Positions 8,221 to 15,828 of a stretch of DNA of 15,828 bases are shown piece by piece. Positions within the stretch are counted from its first letter, which is position 1. Every line of letters starts with the position of its first letter. Below the pieces are notes generated by a model. That model was not told where the DNA came from. It was given only the letters and a program-made list of their open reading frames with translations, and ran no database searches. Origin of the DNA: an uncultured Methanosarcinaceae archaeon (GTDB lineage: Archaea > Halobacteriota > Methanosarcinia > Methanosarcinales > Methanosarcinaceae); contig CAVRJG010000010.1 in the NCBI GenBank assembly GCA_963721455.1, positions 1-15,828 of the forward strand. The letters are read 5' to 3'. A program made the translations under genes and the position numbers.

Positions 8221-8926
8221 CCTTCTCGGAAATAGTATCCATTTTTGCATGTAATTGACCCGACATATAATATTCAAGATTTGCTCTTTTACGATTTGAG
8301 TATTCACATAACGAACTGTAGAAATTAGACGAAAATTCCCTGTTTCGAATTATTTCTTGCCATGCATCGGGGTCTTTTCTTTTCACAACCGCATTATGAA
8401 AAATCTCACACATTTGCTGCCTCTATTTATCTCCATATTCGCGGAAGATCCTGCAGCCTTCTTAACATTCTCTGCTGCTTCTCAATATGAGTCCTTATTA
8501 AAACAGTCAACAAGAACCTGCAAGAGGTAAATGTAAGCCTGAAACTCTATCTTTAACAAGCTTAATTTGAGTCCTGTCTCTGATTTCTTTAAGTTTTTCT
8601 ACTGTAAGTTTCAGCTCATTCTCTTCATCAATGGTATTCTTCAAAGAATTTTCAAGATGGCACTCAAAGACCGTGTAATCGAAATAGTCAAGAAAGATGT
8701 CTTTTTTCTCTACTTCTTTCCAATCTGACACAAGCTCGCAAAAATATTTGGTGTTAATTCTCGCGTGGCAGAATTCGTCCATAATTTTGTAAAAAGGATC
8801 TTTTGAAAGTTCGTAGGCTTTATCATATTCACGAGATGCCTTATTCATTCCTGATCTACCTTCAAATTCAAGCAAACTGGCACGGATTTCATGAACTCTT
8901 GCCATTAAAAGTTCTTTAGGACCCAC
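8221..8926 (-). pseudogene. Degraded hypothetical helical protein, truncated by the MITE; may extend further upstream
   Basis: ORFs 8507-8926 and 8186-8413 can be linked via ...DRVS/AYIYLLQVLVDCFNKDSY*EAAENVKK/CRIFREYGDK*RQQMCEIF, i.e. two frameshifts and two in-frame stops. Confidence 0.6.
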
Positions 8927-9260
8927 CGCGAAATAACATAGGCAGTTTTTAAGAATGTATTAAATAACTTTCACATGCAAGAGGGATGATTTAACTTTAA
9001 CTAAATTATTCATTGCCTGAGTTATTTCTTTACGAATACTTATATCTGATATCTCGATCTTTTATCTTTTTCTCAATATCGCCGAAAGATATTTCTTAAG
9101 AAATTCAAATATTGCATTATGCTTTCATTTTCTGCGCTGTTGTAGGTTTTGATTCTATTTTTGAAGGTAAGCTTAAAAGACAGGTTCAGATGAACAAGAA
9201 GTACTCAAAGATGAAATGTCAATCAGCTAATGGGGCACGACCTGGTTATTTAAATAGCCT

Positions 9261-11261
9261 TTATTTTTTCGTATAGTTGCAGGAGCCGCCTTCTCTTTTC
9301 TCAAGGGCCTGCAGGTATTCAAGAACAGCCAGCACATAGGCTGAGTGAGACCAGGCAAGCGGGAGAACTGACAGAGGCATGCCTCTGTCATCTATTTGTT
9401 CGGACATGAGGCCTGCAGGATGGGCGTGGGCTGCACACCATTCCAGAATTTCGAGAGCCCTGTCCAGGTTTCCGACTGCCGAATGCCACTGGGACAGCCA
9501 GAGAGTGCAGATAATCCAGCTGTTCATATAACCATAGTAACTGTCGTGTAGATACCTGGCAATCCCTCCGGAGGGGCGCTTAAGTTCGCGTTCGACAGCC
9601 TCCATTGTCCTCACAACTTTCGGGTCGTCCGGAGGGAGAATCCCGAAATACCAGACCGCAAATACCGAGGAGTCAAGTGCAGGGTCGTCGAGAGAACGCC
9701 TGAAACGCTTGAGTTTATCATCATAAAGCCTCTCCAGGATAGATTTTTTGATGCGATCTGCAGCTTCCTTCCAGACATTTGCGCTGTCATAGTCTCCAAG
9801 GGAACGGGAAAGTTCATAGGCGCCGTTAAGGCCTGCATAGACAGTACAGGCGCTGTATGTATGCACGCCCTTTCGCTCTTCCCAGAGATCAAAGCTCGAA
9901 ATTGGGAGGCCTGTATCCCTGTCAATGGCTTTTACAAGGTAGTTAGCCGCGGGAATTACAAGCGTTCTGTAGTACCTGCCTGTGGTCCAAACACTCCTTG
10001 CAATCTCCCAGTTATTATAGAGGGCATACAGGGGAAGTCCGGTTTCATCGATCTGAACCATAGGCACAGGATGCCATGTGCTTCCGAAATCCCCTGCAGG
10101 CGTGTACTTGTGAAGGAAGTTGCCTCTGGGCGTGATGATTTTTGAGAAAAACTCAAATGTCTCGGCACTCAGGTGGTGGTATCGCGCCCTGTCGAGCGCA
10201 AGGCAGACCCAGGCTGCGTCTCTGGGCCAGCAGTAGCTATAAAGGTCTGCTCCGAATTGTTTTATATCCGAATCACAGGATGCAATCACAGAACCAGTGA
10301 TATCCATGTGGTCGACAACTGTAAGAAGGCTCCTGTAAAAGCACTTTGAAACGCTCTGCGGCAGTTGAGGCATCCGGGCAAATTCCGGAAGTACGGATAC
10401 CCTTTCGGTAAATGAGTTCCAGAAATTGAAGTTATGGTGGAAAAGGGCTTTTCTCCCTGCTTCCTTTACCCTTTTATGGACTTTGAGCACGCTGCAGTAC
10501 TTCTTTCCTAGAACAATCCAGTAGTGTATCTTTGTCGATTCTTCCGGCTGCAGTTCAGGGAGGGTCCAGCCAAGAGTGGAATCCACCGAGCCGTGAGCGA
10601 CAGGATTTCCGCTCAGGGAAGCGTCATCTTCCATATCTCTCCAGGTGCCTTCAAGCCCCTTCCATTCCGCAGTCCCGACTGCATGCTGATCAAAGGCAGG
10701 GTCACTCGCATGCAGGAAATAGCGGTCGCGCTTGTAATGGATAAGGGTACGTTTATCGATTACAGCTGTTTCTCCTATTTTAGTTTCAAGAATCCGGTAG
10801 TTCTGGTTTGAAAAAAGACGCAGGTGCTTGGGGGCATTTGAAGTGTTCCTGACCTCAAAAGTCCTGTAAAAAATATTTGCCGAGGGATGGACAGCTTCCC
10901 ATACCGTGATTCTGAGCCCGATTTCAAGGTTTTCGAACACTGTCTCCCCTATATTTGAGATAATTTCCCTGCAGGCTTCAGGTATCTCCTGATTGATTTC
11001 TTCTCTTACTTCTTTCCTCCTGTCTCCTGAGATTTCGAGAAGACGGCTACAGAAATCCTCCTTAAACTCTGATTTGTACCTCTGCCGGATCTTCCAGTTT
11101 TCAAGCCAGCTGCAATAAAGGGAATCGAGGTCGCATATGCCGACCTTTATCGAGTTTCCGTGATTCTCAAGCCCCACGTATGGAAAATATACATCCCTTA
11201 TAGTCCCTTTTTCATCTTCACAGATCAGGATTCTCCCATTTCCGAAAATAAGCGGCCTAAT
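9261..11261 (-). CDS. Glycoside hydrolase family 15 protein (glucoamylase/trehalase-like)
   Basis: YSYCWPRD, QIDETG, DLWEE, WIICTLW, GLMSEQ, LAWSH. The frame is open 28 codons upstream of the GTG at 11177 (IRPLIFGNGRILICEDEKGTIRDVYFPYVG), back to an ATT at 11261 that follows SD AGGAGGT. Confidence 0.92.
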   Translation of the reverse strand: MRPLIFGNGRILICEDEKGTIRDVYFPYVGLENHGNSIKVGICDLDSLYCSWLENWKIRQRYKSEFKEDFCSRLLEISGDRRKEVREEINQEIPEACREIISNIGETVFENLEIGLRITVWEAVHPSANIFYRTFEVRNTSNAPKHLRLFSNQNYRILETKIGETAVIDKRTLIHYKRDRYFLHASDPAFDQHAVGTAEWKGLEGTWRDMEDDASLSGNPVAHGSVDSTLGWTLPELQPEESTKIHYWIVLGKKYCSVLKVHKRVKEAGRKALFHHNFNFWNSFTERVSVLPEFARMPQLPQSVSKCFYRSLLTVVDHMDITGSVIASCDSDIKQFGADLYSYCWPRDAAWVCLALDRARYHHLSAETFEFFSKIITPRGNFLHKYTPAGDFGSTWHPVPMVQIDETGLPLYALYNNWEIARSVWTTGRYYRTLVIPAANYLVKAIDRDTGLPISSFDLWEERKGVHTYSACTVYAGLNGAYELSRSLGDYDSANVWKEAADRIKKSILERLYDDKLKRFRRSLDDPALDSSVFAVWYFGILPPDDPKVVRTMEAVERELKRPSGGIARYLHDSYYGYMNSWIICTLWLSQWHSAVGNLDRALEILEWCAAHAHPAGLMSEQIDDRGMPLSVLPLAWSHSAYVLAVLEYLQALEKREGGSCNYTKK

Positions 11262-11627
11262 CTCGGATACCTCCTGCTTCCCTTTTAATTTCCATGACCC
11301 TATAACGAGTAGTCTAGATTAGTAATGTAAGATTCAACCCGTATTCTCGAATTATAGTAATTCCATCGGTTTGAATTATCGGTCTCGAATTTAGCCCATT
11401 ACGAGAATTGAATGTATTGCCTCAAATAGTTTAGGGAAAAGAAATTTCACTGAGAACGAGACTTTAGCTTCAAAAATTACATTTCCCAAGTTTCTTTACA
11501 TATATTTAACCATTGAATATTATATAAATAAAAATATAACTCTCTCTATAACGTTTTTATTTAATATATTTAGATTCGTCCAGTAAAACGATTTTAATTT
11601 CTTATTAAGTATATATCTAAATTTCAT

Positions 11628-11641
11628 AAGAAAGTTTATAT
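11628..11641 (+). promoter_or_regulatory. Candidate BRE and TATA box for the small zinc-finger ORF
   Basis: AAGAAAG-TTTATAT about 80 bp upstream of the ATG at 11721. Confidence 0.4.
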
Positions 11642-11720
11642 TTTATTGCGTTATCTTAGTAAATGTCTTATAAAAACGGAATATTAAAAATCACTCACAT
11701 ACAGAGAATGCGTGTTTGCG

Positions 11721-11876
11721 ATGTTTTACGTGAAGAAAACATGCCCCGTTTGCGGGAACGAATTTTTTGTCCTTAAAAATGCTGAGGAAAAGGCAGTTTA
11801 TTGTACTCTTGCATGCCTGAAAAAAGCTCTGGATAAATTCGAATCCAGAGGTGTGATCTTTCCGGGCACTGGCTGA
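11721..11876 (+). CDS. Small Cys4 zinc-finger-like protein, 51 aa (not in the ORF track)
   Basis: Manual translation: MFYVKKTCPVCGNEFFVLKNAEEKAVYCTLACLKKALDKFESRGVIFPGTG*. It has CPxCGxxF and YCxxxC motifs, an upstream TATA box and a downstream T-tract at 11942-11955. Confidence 0.8.
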   Translation: MFYVKKTCPVCGNEFFVLKNAEEKAVYCTLACLKKALDKFESRGVIFPGTG

Positions 11877-11982
11877 GCATTTTGTAAGGTAAAAAATCAA
11901 AAATGCGGAGAACACCCTTACAAAGGGAAATGTTTTCCAATCTTTTTCTTTTTTATTTAGAAATAACCGAAAAATACCCTTT

Positions 11983-12612
11983 TTACTTTCCAGCGAGTTT
12001 TTTTGCGACTTGGGCTACGTGCCTGCCCTGATAGCGGGCCATTTCAAGTTCGTTTTCTGAAGGCTGGCGGCTTCCGTCCGCTCCTGCAATCGTTGAAACT
12101 CCGTATGGGCTGCCACCTGTGATTTCATCCATTCTCCTCTGCCGATTTTCTGAATAAGGAAGTCCGACAATGATCATTCCGAGATGAAGCAGGGTAACAT
12201 GAAACGAGAGGATTGTTGATTCCTGGCCTCCATGTTGCGTTCCGCTGGAAGTGAAGACACTCCCTACCTTTCCTACAAAGGCATCCTGGCTCCATAGCCA
12301 TCCAACGCCGTCGAGAACTGTACGCATCTCGGCAGTCATCATCCCATAGCGTGTAGGAGTTCCGAATATCAATGCATCTGCACCAGCCAGTACATCCTCA
12401 TACATGCTCCTGGTCAGTACAGGAATATGGGCAAAAAGGTTTTTTGTTTCGAGTGCCCCCATTTTCTCCAGAACCTCGTAAGGCAGAGTCTCAGGCACCT
12501 GATAAATCTCTACTTCAGCTCCTTCAACTTCTCTTGCTCCTTCAGCTATGGCTTCTGCCATTTTGTAAATGTGACCGTAAACACTGTGGAATATCACGTT
12601 TACCTTAACCAT
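11983..12612 (-). CDS. wrbA: NAD(P)H:quinone oxidoreductase, WrbA flavodoxin-like protein
   Basis: FHSVYGHIYKMAEA, GTPTRYG, FTSSGTQHGGQESTILS, GGSPYG, RQPSENEL; SD AGGGG upstream. Confidence 0.96.
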   Translation of the reverse strand: MVKVNVIFHSVYGHIYKMAEAIAEGAREVEGAEVEIYQVPETLPYEVLEKMGALETKNLFAHIPVLTRSMYEDVLAGADALIFGTPTRYGMMTAEMRTVLDGVGWLWSQDAFVGKVGSVFTSSGTQHGGQESTILSFHVTLLHLGMIIVGLPYSENRQRRMDEITGGSPYGVSTIAGADGSRQPSENELEMARYQGRHVAQVAKKLAGK

Positions 12613-12887
12613 TCAAATCCCCCTTTAAAATCAATAAAAATTTAAATGAAGCGGCTCCAACCATACACGAAATGGATTGATAATTCCCGGAAAAAAAATC
12701 CAGATCCCTTCTTAAAAGTATTTTCTGATGCCTTATATAGCTTGTTAGCAAAAGTCAATTTTCTCTTCCTGGTCCTGTGTTTCTGACTTTACTTCTTCGG
12801 TTCTGCTACAGACAGTACTTTAAAAGACAAATTTTCGGATTACTAATTCCTGATAAATGAGGCGTATCAAAATAGTTATTAGGCTAT

Positions 12888-14036
12888 ATGCTGTATAAGC
12901 CGGACATGCCTTCTCTTTCTATCGTAATGCCCTCAATGAATGAAGAAGAAACCATCCGAATTTGCATAGAGAAAGCTCAATCTATATTCAAAAAATATGG
13001 TATAGAAGGGGAGATAATAGTTGCTGACAACTCGTCAGACAGAACTGCAGAGATCGCAGCGTCAATGGGTGCAAGGGTAATCGGCCCGATAAAAGGGTAT
13101 GGCAACGCTTACCTCAAAGGGCTGGCCGAAGCAAAGGGTGATTATATCGCTATTGCAGATGCAGACAACACATATGACCTGCTTGAGCTTGATAGGTTCC
13201 TTGATCCTCTTATGGCAGGAGAAGCGGATTTTATAATGGGCACCAGGCTTAAAGGCAATATCAAAAAAGGAGCTATGCCCTGGCTGCACCAGTATATAGG
13301 CAATCCTTTCCTGACTGGAATGCTGAATTTTCTTTTCAAGACGAAAATTTCGGATGCTCACTGTGGGATGCGAGCTTTTACAAAAGAAGCCCTTGAAAAA
13401 ATGAACCTTAAAACTCACGGCATGGAGCTTGCATCCGAAATGGTTATTGAAGCTGCAAAATGCGAACTGAGGATTAAAGAAGTCCCCATAACCTATTACT
13501 CACGCCGAGCTCCCTCCAAACTGCGCTCTTTTCAGGACGGCTGGCGGCATATGAGGTTTATGATGCTATATCGTCCTCTACCTTTTCTCCTTCTGCCGGG
13601 AGCTGTAGTTTTTATTCTTGGAGCCCTGATAACCGTTTCTCTCCTGATTAGTGGAGATGCAGCAGAAAGCAGGTTACATTCATTCATTTTAGGCTGTATG
13701 CTCCTGATTCTTGGAGGACAGACGCTATCTACTGGCAGTTATATGAAAACATATGGCATTGTCCGGGGTGTATACCCTAAGAATAAAGGCAGTACTGCAA
13801 AATGGCTGAACTATCATTCTCTTGAAAGAGAATTACTTGCAGGTTCACTTATCCTGGGGGCAGGCTTGCTGCTCGGAATTAAAGTAGTGTACACCTGGAT
13901 TAGCTCAGGGTACGGGTCTCTCTCGGAAGTGAAGAGTGCAGTTATTTCAATGGTTTTTGCCTTTATCGGCCTCCAGATGATTTTCTCAGCAATTGTTCTG
14001 AGCGTAATGCTCCTTGAAGTGGATACGGAATGGTAA
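12888..14036 (+). CDS. Glycosyltransferase family 2 (dolichyl-phosphate glycosyltransferase-like) with C-terminal transmembrane helices
   Basis: SIVMPSMNEE, IIVADNSSD, GYGNA, DADNTYD (DxD), ISDAHCGMRAF, SFQDGWRH and about four hydrophobic C-terminal segments. The start could instead be the ATG near 12906. Confidence 0.92.
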   Translation: MLYKPDMPSLSIVMPSMNEEETIRICIEKAQSIFKKYGIEGEIIVADNSSDRTAEIAASMGARVIGPIKGYGNAYLKGLAEAKGDYIAIADADNTYDLLELDRFLDPLMAGEADFIMGTRLKGNIKKGAMPWLHQYIGNPFLTGMLNFLFKTKISDAHCGMRAFTKEALEKMNLKTHGMELASEMVIEAAKCELRIKEVPITYYSRRAPSKLRSFQDGWRHMRFMMLYRPLPFLLLPGAVVFILGALITVSLLISGDAAESRLHSFILGCMLLILGGQTLSTGSYMKTYGIVRGVYPKNKGSTAKWLNYHSLERELLAGSLILGAGLLLGIKVVYTWISSGYGSLSEVKSAVISMVFAFIGLQMIFSAIVLSVMLLEVDTEW

Positions 14037-14044
14037 GTGGTGCA

Positions 14045-15214
14045 ATGAAAATCGCCTTCGTGTACGATGCTGTCTATCCGTGGGTAAAAGGTGGCGCAGA
14101 AATGCGCATCCATGAACTGGGAACGCGGCTCTCGGCCAGGGGGCATGATGTGCACATCTTTGGAATCAAATGGTGGGAAGGCAAAGATACTATCGAGTAT
14201 GAAGGCATGACCCTGCACGGCGTCTGCAAAGCTCGAAACCTTTATGTAAACGGCAGGCGTTCAATTTCCGAAGCGATTGTCTTCGCTGCAAAACTGTTCC
14301 CTGCACTCAGGAAAGAAAAATTTGACCTTATAGATGTAAGTGTATTTCCCTATTTTTCCTGTTTTACCGTAAAAGCGGTTTCATTCCTGAAAAAGAACCC
14401 TTCAGTATTTACCTGGCACGAAGTCTGGGACGATTACTGGTACGAATACATGGGAAGAGCAGGCTTTTTCGGAAAATTAGTCGAAAAAGTGGTCTCAAAA
14501 ATTTCGGACAAAAATATAGCGGTTTCCGACTGGACGAAGAAGAGGCTTGAAATCCTTGGGGTTCCTCAAGAGAATATCACAGTTATCCCTAACGGGATCG
14601 ATCTTAATCGGATTTCTGAAATTGAACCCGAAGGAGGCCAGACTTCTGCCGGGCTTGAGGGGAAGCTTTATGATGTCATTTTTGCCGGGCGGCTTATAAA
14701 GGAAAAAAATGTTGATGTTCTGCTTAAAGCGGTGGCTCTCCTTAAAGCTGATTTTCCAGAAATAAGGTGCTGCATTGTTGGAGATGGGCCTGAAAAGGCA
14801 GAGCTTGTGGAACTTGCAAAGAAGATAGGAGTTTACGAAAATGTGGAGTTTGCGGGTTTTCAGGAATATGAAGCTCTCATCGGGAAAATAAAGGCTTCAA
14901 AGGTTCTTATTCTACCTTCAAGCAGGGAAGGTTTTGGGATGGTCGTAATCGAGGCTTTTGCCTGCGGGGTGCCTGTCGTGACGGTGAGGGAGATGTATAA
15001 TGCGGCACAGGGGCTGGTTAAGGATGGGGTTGACGGGCTTGTTGTGGAACTTGGGGATAGAGAAATTGCAAAAGCCGTACAAAAAATAATTGGGAAAAAC
15101 TCGGATTATAGAAAGATCTCAGAAGCTGCATTTCGGAAAGCTGAAAAATATGATTGGGATGAAATAGTTGGGAATCTTTGCTCACTATATCCTGCATTCC
15201 GCAGTATTTTTTGA
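14045..15214 (+). CDS. Glycosyltransferase family 4 (GT-B fold)
   Basis: MKIAFVYDAVYPWVKGGAE, VIPNGID, FAGRLIKEKNVD, IVGDGPE, PSSREGFGMVVIEAFACGVPVV (EX7E). The ATG at 14045 is preferred over 14030. Confidence 0.93.
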   Translation: MKIAFVYDAVYPWVKGGAEMRIHELGTRLSARGHDVHIFGIKWWEGKDTIEYEGMTLHGVCKARNLYVNGRRSISEAIVFAAKLFPALRKEKFDLIDVSVFPYFSCFTVKAVSFLKKNPSVFTWHEVWDDYWYEYMGRAGFFGKLVEKVVSKISDKNIAVSDWTKKRLEILGVPQENITVIPNGIDLNRISEIEPEGGQTSAGLEGKLYDVIFAGRLIKEKNVDVLLKAVALLKADFPEIRCCIVGDGPEKAELVELAKKIGVYENVEFAGFQEYEALIGKIKASKVLILPSSREGFGMVVIEAFACGVPVVTVREMYNAAQGLVKDGVDGLVVELGDREIAKAVQKIIGKNSDYRKISEAAFRKAEKYDWDEIVGNLCSLYPAFRSIF

Positions 15215-15261
15215 AAATAAATATTTTTTCCGGATCGCGTTTTCAAAACATCTTCAAATCA

Positions 15262-15437
15262 AAGTTGCGCTGGCGCACCCCTCTGCAAGCAATGGGGTAT
15301 GTTCGCGCCCCCGCTCTAAATTTCGTTAAAGCAGACAATAACCCTAAAAAATTTAGTTTGAGCAGAAATTAACAACCAAAAAATGGAATTAATAAAGCAT
15401 ATTATCATTAGCGGTTACCGGGGTATTCGACTGAAAT
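15262..15437. mobile_element. Non-autonomous palindrome-ended element, IS200/IS605-like
   Basis: Imperfect hairpin ACCCCTCTGCAAGCAATGGGGT (15277-15298) and a collapsed second end TTACCGGGGTATTCGACTGAAAT (15415-15437). It resembles a repeat recalled from Methanosarcina intergenic regions; this is unverified. Confidence 0.55.
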
Positions 15438-15710
15438 GATGGAAAAGGAACAATCTTGTGTCACTTTTTATTGCTGTAAGTGAGTATACGTCGCCATACT
15501 CTTCAGGATCCTCTTCAGTTACATTTTTTTGCTTTTTTTATATATGACCAGATCTCATCAACCTCTACTTCCTTAAGATTAAGATTTGTGAGAAAATAAT
15601 TTGTAACTTCTTTTGAATGAGTTCCCGCTATATTGAGCCATCTACAAATTGTGTTTTTACTATGTCCAGTAGCTCTTGCAACTCCACGAATACTTCCTTT
15701 TTTGTTCCAG
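15438..15710 (-). mobile_element. IS1-family transposase remnant (HTH plus start of DDE domain)
   Basis: Minus-strand translation KGSIRGVARATGHSKNTICRWLNIAG...EVEVDEIWSYIKK, then in the -1 frame KQKNVTEEDPEEYGDVYSLTAIKSDTRLFLFHH. An A7 slippery run lies at 15533-15539. Confidence 0.82.
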
Positions 15711-15828
15711 CAAAAAAATTGTGAAAAATCGATTTCAGAAGTGATTCCAATGCCCCCAATAATAAATTCAAGATTATATAAAATTAAGTCAATGATTTGG
15801 AGACACGACCTACTTTTTCAATGACAAT

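Noticed and set aside
11691-11915. 74-aa minus-strand ORF
   Set aside because: Antisense to the better-supported zinc-finger ORF 11721-11876.
9611-14218. Small ORFs inside GH15, wrbA, GT2 and GT4
   Set aside because: Antisense or alternative-frame shadows of well-supported genes.
15633-15824. 63-aa plus-strand ORF (also 15178-15372)
   Set aside because: The first is antisense to the IS1 relic; the second reads through the palindromic element.
1-15828. CRISPR array, rRNA or intact tRNA
   Set aside because: No regularly spaced repeats or complete RNA-gene structure were seen by eye.

Overview
Archaeal window, most likely Methanosarcina (inferred from protein similarity and IS types). The left ~9.2 kb is a decaying accessory mosaic. 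It holds the end of an IS256 element, a solitary trpF-like gene between two IS256-type ends, a degenerate tRNA-Leu 3' half and an AT-rich, frameshifted RelA/SpoT small alarmone synthetase. It also holds a sharply GC-rich F420-reducing [NiFe]-hydrogenase operon, frhADGB (minus strand; frhA and frhD intact, frhG and frhB broken by four 1-bp indels), followed by an IS6 relic, a 150-bp MITE and an unknown pseudogene. The right ~6.6 kb looks like ordinary host genome: a GH15 glycoside hydrolase with a probable ATT start, a 51-aa Cys4 zinc-finger small ORF missing from the ORF track, wrbA, a GT2-GT4 glycosyltransferase pair, a palindromic IS200/IS605-like element and an IS1 relic. No CRISPR array or rRNA was seen. 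All calls come from manual reading and recalled family motifs; no searches were run.
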